Positions 25,608 to 37,478 of a DNA stretch of 64,000 nt are shown piece by piece. The DNA is from Haliotis cracherodii. Lineage: Eukaryota. The translations under genes and the position numbers were made by a program. The stretch's first letter is position 1. Each line of letters starts with the position of its first letter. The stretch covers positions 14,632,001 to 14,696,000 of the forward strand of contig NW_027266297.1 of assembly GCF_022045235.1 (NCBI RefSeq), given 5' to 3'. The notes beneath the pieces were generated by a model, which was not told the origin of the DNA, did no database searches, and saw only the letters and a program-made list of their open reading frames with translations.

Positions 25608-28600
25608 ATGTCTTAGTAGATCTGATATCTACCCCCGCCTTTATAGACCTCTTTAAAGTGGAACAAGTCAACTTGTCTCTTTTGGGGGGTAAAGGCAATG
25701 TCCTCCGCCAGACATATCAGGCAGCGTTCGTGCCTGTCTTAGAACAACCCGTACACAGTTTGAAGGTCTTTGTAAACAAGACCGTAATTTCTGAGGTGGG
25801 CGGGAAGGGTATTAACGTGTATCAGTGCGATATAAAGATCGGAAAAATACGTGCATAAATTGTGAAACTAGAAGCAAAGGCGTAATGTAGAATGCGATTT
25901 GTAACGCGATACTAATAGCCAATGTCGTAGTTTAACTATAACACCAAAGGGGCGTGTTACGCGCTAAGATGAAAAAACCCGTAAAAAAGGTAAGTGTAGT
26001 TTATAAATTAACACACCACCTTGGGTTTTGTAAAGGAAAAAATTGTAGTCCAATGCTGTATGATATAACAAAACCCCAAGCCGTTTCTTAATGGCCTTGG
26101 TGTTACATGTATCAGCCCGTGGGACTACAATATGGACGCCATTACGGCCATTTGAATTCAAAGGTGCCGTGCACGTGGCGTCAATTACAACTCTATAACT
26201 TCACAATGCGAGGTATTACGCCTTTGCAATGAAAGAAATGTACCATACATACAGTTTGGTCAGCCATGGTTCTTGTCGAACGATAGATTTCTCTTATTTT
26301 GTCTTGTGTGAAAAATCAACACGTCTGTCTCTTACAGATGACATAAGGAAAGTGATTTGGGTGAGAGTTGCTCCCCCTGGCGTGAGGCGCCGTTGGTGGT
26401 GAGGCCCCGTAAGGGTGGTCGTATATCATACAAAAACGAAGTTTTTTGTGTGGTAACATTTTTTATTAAGGAAAATGGTTACAACTATGTCATGTAGATT
26501 TTCTTGAGCAAGGAAAATGCAATAAGTGCCCCAAGGAGGATTTAATCAGAAAGAGAATTTTCCTTGTTGTCATCTGGACACACAGGAAAGTAGTGAGGTG
26601 ATTCCGCAGTGGCGTCTCTGGCAGGGATAGGGTTTCCCTCACAACTAATAGATATGTTGGCAGTGAAGAGGACGTCTGTTGAAAATCTATTAAAATATTT
26701 GTAGTGTGGTTCTCAGCATAAACAGGAATTTATGACAATGATGTAATAGAGGTAGGGTATTCACAAGAATTAAAGAAATTTGCTATGTCAGTCTGCGTCA
26801 AATTCATTTCAGTCTACTAGCCTGGACCTGTACCTTGAAATCATTTTCATGTCTATGGAGGTCCATACTCCAATGAACTCACTTAAAGCAAAAGTCAACT
26901 CTTTTAAATTTTTGTATCACTATTTTATACGTCTAAGTATCTACATGATCTATATCTATACACAATTCTATTAAGTATGCGTGACTTCTTGTTTACACCA
27001 ACAGCCATACAACAACCACCTTCATCGCGGAATGGAACAGCTCCTCAAAAGGAGAGGTGACATGAGCTTACGTATGCTCCAGTGACATCATTTGTAGTTT
27101 GTTTACAACAATTATATTCAAATAATATCATTATGAGCTGAGAAGGGTCTGTTAAGAGCTACCTCAGTTAATCATTCAGGGTGACTGCGAAGCGTAATAA
27201 ATTTGGAATGGCCGACGGATACATGGCGGGAGATCACTGTCCGGTAATTGAACGGTGATTGTAAAGATGCGTTAAATAGATACTAAGGTAAATTTATAGA
27301 TTGCTGTAGACTGTCACTGTGAGTCTAGGCATGGATTGAGTCGATACTACTAGTTTGGATGTGCATTTCTTTGTTTTGTTCACTAGGAGTGGTCGTAACA
27401 AGGATGTCCTTCAACGAACATGCAATCAAACTCTCTGACCCAATGTGTGCTAAAACACTAAGTTCAAGATTAAAGGGTCTAAATGATCAGAAACAACACT
27501 TCGGTGCTAATTTGTGTTTGGGAATTCCCAGGGGTTTCTCCAGGGATGTGGACATAGCCTGTCAGTGTTTACGTCATTTCAAGAATTTACGTCATTTCAA
27601 GAATATAGTCTCTTGAAAAACGTATGAATGTCAAAATGTGTCATTCATGCACTATTGATCTTCAGTTTCGCAGTCATGTGACCAACCTCTTGTCAAATGG
27701 AAAAGCTGTAAATCATGTAACCTTTATATTGAAAAATTATACAAACATGATCATGTATGCACGAGACACTGCATTCTTACCAAAGAGACTTGACAAAAGT
27801 ACCAGCATCTCTACGAAATGTACCATTCAAAGAATAAAGAAGGTGCATTACATAAGTCAGCTCATCATTAGTTACTGAAATACCAGTTACACATACATAG
27901 ATTCTACACAGGGTTTCAACTGACCTTGACAACCTTCTCTACGTTCTCCTCAATGAGGTACTGAGGTTTCACGTAGTAGTCAGGGGGTTTGAGATCGTAA
28001 CTGTTGAGCACCCGTCGGCTGTACATGCCCATCTCTTCACGGGGGCCCCGACCGCGATTCAGTTGGTTGCTGAAGAAGCCCTGGAAGTGGAAGAACAACA
28101 ATGAGTGAGTTGAGGTTCACGATGCTTTCAACAGAATTTGAGTGATATGATGGTTTGACGGATGCTGTTCACATCAGGTTGTAAGCATAGTGAGTTTTTC
28201 ATCTCCATGTTCAGCATCAGATAGCTGGTAGTTTAAGGAATTAAAAAATAAAAAATACTATGTTTACTTGAGAAAACAACTGGTGAGTTATCTGTTTAAC
28301 ACATATATATCATAGTGACAACATAAATGTAAGCAAACACATTGATGAATGCGGAAGTGGTCATGTTACTGTTTTTCTGTTTTATAGATTGTTTAATAAT
28401 GACAAACATTTACGATTGGAAAAAGAACAGATGTTCATTAGGCTTTTGAAATCTAAACTTAATTTAGAAGCATAATTTTCAAAACTTCCCCATGCAGCTC
28501 AATGTGTATTTGTGCACTCACGCCATAATGTATTCATACCTGCCACTATTATCACTAGCTATGACGTCATATGCTTTATGACGTCAAAAGCATAACGATG

Positions 28601-28957
28601 GCTGTAGCCTAGGACTACGTTTTACTTCTCCCTCCATTGTCACAATTACATCATAGGCATTATGACGCCACAAATACTACTGTTGTGCGTCACCTAGGAC
28701 TACCATGTAAGTTAAAAGTTTTCATTACACCTGAAGAGCCGTTGAACGGCAAAAGATCTTGTGTGGATAAAGGAGTTTTGACAAGCACGAATATCTGGAC
28801 TCTGTTTTTTCTATAAATATATCAGCATTGATCACTGAAACAACAATGGTTTTGATCACAGCATTCTGAGAAAATATTATTCATGTTAATATTATTAGCA
28901 GTAAACAGAAGATGATCTGTAATAAGAATAATCATGATAATATTCAAATATTCAATA

Positions 28958-29032
<75 letters not shown>

Positions 29033-32000
29033 TTATTTATTTTCCAGAGACAGGTGATTTATGTTCGAACTGATGGAAAGATTGAAATATAATTTTTTTA
29101 ATTAATTGTTTAGGACAGTAATCATGGTAATTATAAAGCAACATGGGATGAGAGAGCAGCCCTATTTTCTTCTCTCTGCTAAAGTTGTTAAATGATTTCA
29201 GGAACGAGAAAGAAAGGGAAGTAACTCTTTGACCTTTCATTCAAAACAACACTTTTTCATTATAATGTTTTCACCTGACAATCATTTTTTTATGTTAACT
29301 TATCATCATGGTTACTAAAAATATGCTTTTAAATGTCATGTTTGTTCTTAGTTTAGTAGTTTAAACACATCCCTATGGTTTCTGGGGGTGTTGGGGATGG
29401 GGTGGGATCACACGATGCATGGTTTGAAGTATATAACAAATTGCCAGGCTGCCATCAGGACCTAAAGACTTTAGAAGCTGCAGACCCCGACCAAATTCTT
29501 CAGGCCCTATTTAATAAACTGCAGCTTATTGTGACAAAGAAATTAGGACATAAGTTTACATGCAAGGACCCATACAACGTTAAGATCTAACTGTCAAAGG
29601 CCTACAGTCAGGCTCTTATTTGGAACACTGCCTTAGTTCCAGATTAACACCGTGATGAACCTGTTTTTTTTAGTCACATTGGTCTTAGAATCTGCAGGGC
29701 GGTCGGGTAGCCTAGTGGTTAAAGCGTTCGCTCGTCACGCCGAAAACCCGGGCTCATTCCCGACATGGGTACAATGTGTGAAACCCATTTCTGGTGTCCT
29801 CCGCCGTGATATTGCTGGAATATACTCCATACTCACTCACTCACTAGAATCTGCATGTGTATTGGAGTCCATCATGAAGCTTCTTCATTAAAGTAGATAG
29901 TCCTCATATAGACTCATGTTAGAATGATACACATAGGAAAACAATTCCTAATTGAAGTGATTACTACCAGCGAAATAAAAACCTGACCTGATTGAAGATT
30001 TGATTTGAGCTGATTTATGAGTGTCTATTTCAAATACTGCTTGTAAAAACAAATCAACAAAATAAAATGACAAATGACCTAACCATGCTATGATATGTCT
30101 AAATTAAACTAAAATGCATTATCAATGCACCATCATCAATAACTTTATTTGATCAACCTGATAAATATATTATCATGAATATACACCCACTCACAAGAAA
30201 ATAACAATAATAATAATTTGTGAAAATAGCGCAAGAAAAAGAAATACAAAAAAAAATGAAACAGCAATGATTTTGATGTCACCATTCTGAGCAAATATTA
30301 TTCATGTTAATATTATTAGCAGTAAACAGAAGATAAACTGTACTAAGAATAATCATGATAATATTCAAATATTTAATAAATAAACAATGTAAGCATGAGA
30401 CTAACTACAAGCCACCAACTTAGTATTTTCACCAAAATACAACAAGAACAAATGCAGAAGTTCTCCTCCCCTACCTGACTCAATATCCCCTATATCCTCT
30501 GCCTGCCTGTCCCATATACATGCAATACCTATCTAGCAGATGATGAATGGTGTACACCAAGTTCATACAGTCGGCCCTGAAGTGCCACACCCAAAAGGGA
30601 CAAAAGATTAGATAATAAATTTTCTCTACAAACATACGGTCTGTGCCCATCTGTCATCATAGGCATACAGCATTCGTGACAGGCAGATTACAGGAAGGGT
30701 GGAGTAACGTGACCTGTATTCAGTGGCAGGCAAGAGGAACCCACCCTACTTCAGCCTGTGGAATTCCACGACACAAATAGCATTTGTGTCCCTGTTGTGT
30801 CACACCATTGTGTTGACCCAATAAATACATGGCGATGAGGCAGTTGCCTGGTGCCTCACTACAGGATTATTGTCATGATTTGTCATGTTTTGTCATGTTT
30901 TGTCATGCTTATTAGTTGATAGGAAGTAATTGTTTTCATCCTGAATGACTGTTTTGCTGTGAGTGTTGATGTTCACAGGTGGACTAGGTGTAGAGGGAGT
31001 ATTCAGGAGCTGTGAGTATTATCAGCACAATTAATTATTGGAGCTCTGACGATTAAGTATAAGATTTCCTTTGTTTGTTTAACTGTGAACTAAGCAAAAA
31101 TTCTGAATTATAACTTAATTTATTTATTTATTAAATTTCAAGAAATCCCATGCTTCGAATCTTCAAAGAAGAAAAACGATTGAGTTACGTGCTTCTAAAA
31201 TACTTCTATAGTGTACTAGATACTGAATGTGATCGCCAGTAATGAAGACTTCATGAAACAAATACAACATGGAGTTCATCCACGATGCATCTGCTGTCAC
31301 ATTTTTACATGTAGCACTTAATCATACAAAATCTTTGCTTTTTTCATAATTATTACATTGCAGTGGCAACGCATGTAGACTAAGTAGACATATATATCTT
31401 CTTACCTCTTTTCAGGAATGTTAGCCACACAATATTCAACCTCTAACATCGACTTAATCAGTTTAAAATGCACGAAATGTGGAGAATACATAATCTCCCC
31501 AAACATATGTTGTTTATTACAATCCACTAGTCCTTGCTTGAAAGTAGAAATAAATTGTTTATCATTGCCTATGTCTTGATCATACCAGACAACCCCAAAA
31601 ACATATGAAGATGACACCCAGGTATGTCTTCCTGCCAACATGGCCAAGTCTTATGTTTTCATAATAAATAACATTGTTTTGGATAACGATCCTGAGGCAT
31701 TTTCAATGATTTCCACCAATAAGTAACACATTTAAAAAACTAAGCAACACATGTGCCTGTTCTCCCACACTCTGCTAAAATAGCATTACAGTAGAACACG
31801 GATATAACGAACTACTAGGGACCAGAGAAATCAGTTCGTTATATCCGTTGTTCGTTATACACGTTTTCGGTTGGATAAGACAAAACACAATACACACGTA
31901 ACTGCAGCATTGATTTGTATTAGCAGGGATCATTCAATTGATATCAATTTACAACATTCATTTAATAACATTAAATTCATAACATTTTCTGAAGATTGTT

Positions 32001-34266
32001 ATCAAATACATGTACAAAATTTAAACAAATTTATCATTTTTCGATTTACATACGAGATGTGTAGTTTGTGATTTTACTTTGGCCTCGTTTCGCTGACTGC
32101 ATTCTTGAAACGGCATCGTTCAGATCCGCCAAACTGTCAAAAACTGTTTGTTTTACAGACAAGATTACATGTACAGGTAAGATTAACACAATGCAAATTT
32201 AACAAGGTTGATCCGTCACCACTGATTGTATTGATTCGCCGCCATTGTTTTGATTCGCCGCGGATTGCGTACAGCCAATTGTCAGTGACACTTGACACTG
32301 AGTGAGATTTCTCAGTTCGCTATACACGTCGCTAATAAGTGATAAATGGGCTTGTCGGTTATCAGATATCAGTTCGCTGTATCCGTTAGTTCGCTATAGA
32401 GAGTTCGTTATATACGTAAATTTTATATGATATTATAAATCAGGGATTTTTGAACAGTTTCTTGTATCCGTTTGTTCGCTATATCCGTGTTCGTTACATC
32501 CGTGTTCTACTGTACTTGAATCATGTTTACCAACTCTCAATACATATTTACAGAAATTTGTGGGAAATCTATCTGAAAATATTCTTTCTTGAAAGCCCCA
32601 TAATTCATCCCCATATTATAACACTGGCTTTATCTTGCTATCAAATATTTTAAGTAGTACATTGTCAGGCAAATTTGGAAATTTACTGTATAACTTTTTA
32701 ATAACAAGAAGCGCCGTACTAGCTTTGTTAACAAGAGTAACAGTACACTTTGCCCAAGATAATCAAGTGGAACATAACACCCCTAGGTAATTATAATATG
32801 TAGACGTCTTTAACGGTTTACTGTCAATGACCCACTTTTCATATGATCGGATAATACCACCATTCATGAAAAACTGAACCCTCCATATGATTCCATAATA
32901 ACTTCTAAACCCTAAGATATACAAAACTTATGGAGGATGTCAATCTTTCTTTGTAGACCAATAACACTGTCATCAAATATATAAATATACTCAGTGAAAA
33001 GTAACAATAACTGTTCATGAAAGTCAGAGCCAACAAATATACCTCTGAGTTGTGCATTTTGTAATATAGTGTGAAATTCCGTAATGAATAGCAAAGAGAA
33101 GTGACTTAACATGCTCAAGACACAACCCTGTCTTACATTGCTAAATGATTCAAAACATTTCTACTGCTGCTATAATCTTTAAATACACAGTCATTAATAT
33201 TATGAATGATTTACCATGAATACCATTTCGATATGAGTGAATGCCAAAGTAAAATTTCTATTTATAGAATTGAAAGCTTTTTCCAAATCCACAAATCACC
33301 ATGATCACCAACAAGACATCCCACCACTTGTAGAAAGATATTGCTGCACCAGACATAAGTCTGTAAGGTCCTTCCTGTAGTTATTAAAACATTGCATCTT
33401 GTATTTCGACAAGTAGATCTAGTATATGTATCATCATCACAGTTCTAAACTTGGATTAAATCTATTGTCATCATTCAAAATATAATCATATAAATTGCCA
33501 TTTGGTTATTCATATGATATCCAGGAATAGTCTCATTGTTTTCTTTCGAACAGTTGCTCTAGAATTCAAGAGCTCCAAAAATGTCAAAACCAGAGCAAAA
33601 ACTTATAAATCCATTATCAGACAGATCGTTTGTTTCTGAGACAAAAAAATATATCCCAAAACAAGGAAGTGAAATTCCATATTTTGGTGTTGTACGTGTT
33701 ATTGTTAATCTTAAAATACTTATGTCGTCGGCTTATCGACTAATACAGTGCAGAGATTTTGATAGAGACCAAAGGCACTGGGATATCATTATGATTTTGT
33801 TAACAGTTAAAGATAAGATACTCGGTAGAAGTCTAGCCTAATATACAAAGGACGTATTGGATGACAAGTCTGTCAGTTTGTCAGAAATTGAATCGATCTG
33901 AAACCTTGATAGTTTCATTATAAATGTAACTCACGCTGAAATAACTTATCAATTGATACAGGCCTACGAAAGTTATAGATCTATTTTTTTTTAAAAACAA
34001 TCATTGTTAACTTTTTTTTTACGAAATTACAGCAAGCGGTCTTCAATCATTCTTCCATCATGTCCAATTAATTTGATGGTTTAATTCATTGTTTGAGATC
34101 TTGAGAGCATTGCCTTGATCTAATAATCATCAGTATTTTCTATAATGTTCCCTTAATGTATATTTACAACTGATCAAAACGAGAACAGCTGATTTATTTC
34201 CAGTTTCTAGACATTTGGATCACAAGTTATATTTACCTTTTTTCTTGTCCGTGGGTCGTCTTCCAT
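10361..34266 (-). CDS. CCM2: Cerebral cavernous malformations 2 protein (malcavernin), 421 aa. Exons 34266-34237, 28080-27925, 20069-19986, 19550-19452, 19131-19044, 17081-17035, 14961-14829, 13648-13603, 12785-12635, 11687-11549, 10976-10853, 10529-10361
   Basis: All introns GT-AG with compatible phases, 1266 nt in total. N-term MEDDPRTRKK; PTB domain (VEKVVKYAG..NRTDVLRVIDKGK..EHEAIFSLS..LLRIPMHEIAAVCYIKDD..AAEELCALIGQCFQLVYTE); harmonin-homology domain (DYMFKLHQKLNPDELRHFAELL..EFCEQVLKLYGQDRKHLL..PFIP). Colinear with vertebrate CCM2 as I recall it. Confidence 0.93.
12217..12360. repeat. 28-bp tandem repeat, about 5 units
   Basis: GTAGTTTGAGCAGTATTTMAGTTTCCMC repeated. Confidence 0.9.
12948..13297. 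mobile_element. Tc1/mariner-type MITE
   Basis: TIR CCGTATTCGACGTAATAAGC / GCTTATTACGTCGAATACGG, flanked by TA on both sides. Confidence 0.85.
14044..14151. mobile_element. Small palindromic MITE (about 108 bp) nested in a minus-strand family-2 SINE
   Basis: GGCCCACTTGCACAAAGCTATCTTAGCGCTAAGA ... TCTTAGCGCTAAGATCACTTTGTGCAAGTGGGACC. Confidence 0.7.
15269..15740. mobile_element. Second copy of the Tc1/mariner-type MITE, with an internal duplication of about 130 bp
   Basis: Same TIRs and interior as 12948-13297; GAGTTGAAAGAT..GTGCATATAACA block present twice. Confidence 0.85.
17118..17622. mobile_element. 505-bp MITE, TIR CAGAGCTCCAGATARGCT, 6-bp target-site duplication CAATGC
   Basis: CAATGC at 17112-17117 and 17623-17628; second copy at 5433-5921. 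Confidence 0.85.
18466..19011. mobile_element. MITE with imperfect TIRs of about 80 bp (..AGGCAAGGGAGTTAACTGA..)
   Basis: The two ends are reverse complements; an internally deleted hairpin version lies at 44110-44200. Confidence 0.7.
19158..19320 (-). mobile_element. tRNA-derived SINE family 2 (about 160 bp, (CACT)n tail)
   Basis: Matches 44767-44929(+); other copies about 15795-15953(-), 29696-29845(+), 41735-41890(+), 48998-49150(-), 54247-54399(-), 59487-59639(-). Confidence 0.85.
20466..20559. other. DIRS internal complementary region (circle-junction template)
   Basis: First half is the reverse complement of 20193-20246, second half of 26519-26561; joined at TGT-AAAA-TTCTC. Confidence 0.9.
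21100..22100 (-). pseudogene. DIRS tyrosine recombinase, frameshifted with an in-frame stop
   Basis: Fragments GLAASTVRGYSTAIAAF, HPLVQRFLAG..PWDLSIIL..VVVTSGRRVGDI, SKQSISRWI..LKAH*VRAVAAS split across ORFs 21211-22063. Confidence 0.85.
22200..23830 (-). pseudogene. DIRS pol: RT, RNase H and adenine-methyltransferase-like domain, frameshifted
   Basis: GFYSTCFLV, WLTSIDL, AYLHIPIHP, VFTKLM, PYLDDWLL, TEASLSGWGG, HINVLELRAV, DLFASVMN..WAFPP in several frames. Confidence 0.88.
24730..25285. repeat. Three tandem GC-rich units of about 183-189 bp in the DIRS gag region
   Basis: CCACTAGTGRAAGCCTCGGCCTCGGAAGAGGCGTCTGGCTCCGCTAGGGAAA at about 24762, 24950 and 25133. Confidence 0.9.
28727..28764 (+). 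ncRNA. Minimal hammerhead-ribozyme-like motif (Penelope-type), probably inactive (G12>A)
   Basis: ACAC-CTGAAGA-GCCGT(TGA)ACGGC-AAAA-GATC-TT-GTGT: stem I, core, stem II and palindromic helix-III remnant. Confidence 0.5.
28961..29027. repeat. (TA)n microsatellite
   Basis: About 33 perfect AT units. Confidence 0.97.
31200..34150 (-). mobile_element. Highly degraded non-LTR retrotransposon (LINE) in CCM2 intron 1; boundaries approximate
   Basis: Minus-strand RT remnants FVDLEKAFN (about 33270-33295), NVRQGCVLS (about 33113-33140), FDD..GLQRKIDILHKFC (about 32920-32980). Confidence 0.6.
31789..32512. mobile_element. Tc1/mariner (pogo-like) non-autonomous element nested in the LINE
   Basis: TA|CAGTAGAACACGGATATAACGAAC ... 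GTTCGTTACATCCGTGTTCTACTG|TA with subterminal GTTCGYTATA repeats. Confidence 0.85.
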
Positions 34267-34364
34267 TGCACAATTGCCAACATTTTAGATAAAACCACTA
34301 CTTGAAAAGTGAAAGCTGCGTATATCAGCTGTCACCAAAAGAATTTCCAAAACTTTCTACCATA

Positions 34365-34410
34365 ACAACCTCCGCCATCTTGTCGCCGTCATTTTCCGGA
34401 AGCAGGTGCC
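34365..34410 (-). promoter_or_regulatory. Probable CCM2 core promoter / transcription start region
   Basis: YY1-type CAAGATGGCGG on the minus strand (34372-34382) and ETS-like CCGGAAG about 110-140 bp upstream of the ATG, in otherwise AT-rich sequence. Confidence 0.45.
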
Positions 34411-37400
34411 CATTTAGAGTTATCTACCTTGGTTTTCTTCGTATGTTTGACTTCTATCTTATGTACAGTATTTTGTTTTAAAAGTTAATTATGTTTATAC
34501 TTTTATTATTTTACATGTCACTTTTAGAAGAATCTTTAATTACATAAGCAATCAGCATACTCAAATGTATATTTAGATAGATCTCTATTTACATTTACAT
34601 TTTATAAAGGAAAAATAATAATCTTGTTTTATCATATATTTTAAAAAATATGAATTAAAAAAAACATAAAAATATTTTAAAAATTCATTTAATTTTTTTT
34701 TCCAAACAACTCCAAACAAAATTGACAGTTGCACTATAAAATTTCTGAAAGATGATACAAGATTTCAAACCTGTTTTCCCCATTTGCAAAATTATGAATA
34801 ATAAGCATCGATACATGAATATCAGGACAGGCTACATAAAAAATGGAACTTCGGGAAATAACTAAAAATGTAGAACTGGAGCTGAATTAAGCATGCACAA
34901 AAATTAATGATAACTTTAACATGAGGCAAATGTTTCAGGTTTGGACAGTGATGAAAAATAAGATATTTTTTTATGTATCCTTAACCTGACCTGTCTAAGC
35001 TGTTTCAGATAATAAAATAACAGTGTTCTTATGTATTAGGTATGGATGGATAATAAAGGTTAAATATATTTTCACAACTAACAGGATCGGGTGGTCAGGC
35101 TCGCTGACTTGGTTGATGCATGCCATCGTATCCCAATTGCGTGGATCAATGCTCATGATGCCAATCACTGGATTGGCTGGTCCAGACTCGATTATTTACA
35201 GACCGCTGTCATATAGCTGTTATATTGCTGAGTGCGGCGTTAAACAACAAACAAGATTATTGCTCTTGTATACGATGTGTGTGTTTGTGGGAGGGGGGGT
35301 GGGGAGGGCACGTGGTTGCGTGCATGCATGTGTGTGCATGTTTCCTTGTACCAGTCTGGACTAATGCCACTTTTATAGTGCTAACCCACTGATATACCAT
35401 GCCACAGTTTAACATGGATACACCACTTAAACACTGTATGTATAGTATGACTCCGAACCGGCAAACCCGATCCCGTTAGTCGCCTCTTACGACAAGCATA
35501 AGACAAGCATGGGTTGTTGAAGACCAATTGTAACCCAGATCATCAAAGGTTCTTTTGGTATGACCAGCTAGGGGATCAAACCACTGACCTCCGTATCTCT
35601 GGGCAGATGCTCTATTCACCAGACCACGGAGGCAGTCAATAATATGAGTATCATCAATTTTGAAACCAAGTTCAGTGGCGAATCAGTACAAGGTATTTCT
35701 CCCAACAGAATGAAGATACAATACATTAGATAATCAAACACAATGGACATCATGTAAAAATATTTTATTTTGTACAGCTTGAAACCTTGAACAGAGATAA
35801 CAGTAATCAAATATGTCCAACAACCATCCAATATCTATCTTTATTGCTTCCAAGTGTCCTCATAGACTACATCTACATATACTCTTCTTCTCTGGGTATG
35901 TCTTTTCAACTTCTCAAAAAGACACCTCTTGAGTCAATGAAATCTGAGTTGTTGGGTTTAACCCCACTGTATTCCAGTTATATCACACAATGTCAGCTTA
36001 ATGTGGGAGGAAAGCCCAAAGTGATGCAGGTTTCTAAGTTTTACCACTTTGGTAAAACCCATGAGCATGTGTATGGTGCTTACAAACCTAGAAACATAAT
36101 TGGGGCAAACAGGGATTCGCAACACGATCTTCGGTTTCTGGAGTGCCAAAGATATGCAACTCTGCACCTTTAACAACTGGGCCACCCATGCCCCCCACCC
36201 TACTTAAAATGTAAGGACTACACATACTCAAAAACAAACATGTACACACTACTGTTAATAACTTTCACAAACTTCTGAACACAGTGACACTTTACTCATG
36301 TACTACAAGATGACACCTTGAATAGTTGATGAGTTTGGTTTAATGCTGCATTTAACAGTATTTCAGTATGTCAACTAGATATCAGTGGAAAAAGCCTGAG
36401 AAGTGATGCAGATCTTATCCATTTACCCCTTTGGTGAAACCAATGAGCATGGGTATGGTGCTGACAAACAGAAATCTGGAGAGAGTCTGGAATTTAAACC
36501 AGGTTTCTGGCACGCCTAAGGGATGCAACTCTACACTACAAACTGTTCCATCACCTATGTCCTTAACACAGGTTAGGAGATAAACATACTGTGTTTTCAA
36601 AGTAGAGCTATGCCTGTTCATTTGCATTAATCTTTGTAACCGAATACACAGCATGTTGTTTTAATTGTTACATTTAGTGCTGCCATAGATCTACAATGAA
36701 AACACAGTATGTTTATAGCCATTCTGCCGTGACTAAATTTAAATGCAAACTCTTTGGTATGTATCAGCAACGATCATGAGTGAAGTTATGACTCCGATGT
36801 TGTGTGTAGTTGTTGTATATTGGTGTGTATAGGCAAACATTGTGCTTTACACCAGTATATTTTACTTGCATACATGAGAACACTGAAAGTGTGTAGCTGG
36901 GATATTGCTGAGTGTGGTGTTAAACAACAAACAAACAAACTGGAAACTGGAATCTAAACAACAATTATTCAGAATGAAAAGTCTGAGTATATTCGGTTCC
37001 AAACTTAATTAAGGAGAGTTAAATCTACAGGTAACTTAGCGCTACACTGAAAACACAGTGTGTTTATCTCCTAAATACCTCATTGAACTGTTGTGGCCAA
37101 TATTCAACTATTTCAATTCTAAAATTTTAGCAGCTGATCTAAGGGAAACAACTCTGCAGGGAGTGCCACGTGTGCCTTATACAAGTGCCTTATGCTGAGT
37201 TTTCTGTACATTTTTCAAATGTAAATAATTATAACTTTACAACTGATCAATGTAATTCTAAAAAGATTTCTGCATTCAGTACTCCCAGTTATTTCATATG
37301 TGCTTAAAACCACTATTGTAACATAGGTTTCAAATGTTCATACGGCATAGCTTGTAAAACACCCACCCTCAGTCATCTCCCAGCTTCACTGATCCCTGAG

Positions 37401-37478
37401 ATCTGATGATCCTTAAACAGAAAGACACTTCGAGTAAACAAGGTTTCACTGTAAAATCCATCCACATAATGACATTCC

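Larger units (their letters stand above)
20192..26561 (-). mobile_element. Full-length DIRS1-like tyrosine-recombinase retrotransposon in CCM2 intron 2; coding regions disrupted
   Basis: Inverted terminal repeats about 20222-20433 and 26339-26550; internal complementary region 20466-20559 containing the end-to-end junction; RT (YLDDWL), RNase H (HINVLELRAV, MDNQTA, NVRTDALSR), methyltransferase-like (DLFAS..DAF..W..WAFPP) and recombinase (TSGRRVGDI, KQSISRWI, AH*VR) fragments; inserted at a T-run with no classical TSD. Confidence 0.95.

Noticed and set aside
26562-26675. Exon-like segment (TTTCAACAG acceptor on -) cut by the DIRS insertion, with a possible donor near 20140
   Set aside because: CCM2 exon 2 joins exon 3 directly (VVK|YAG) as in orthologs; in the reconstructed empty site the compatible frame reaches TGA and the open frame has the wrong phase. 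A poison or alternative exon cannot be excluded without RNA data
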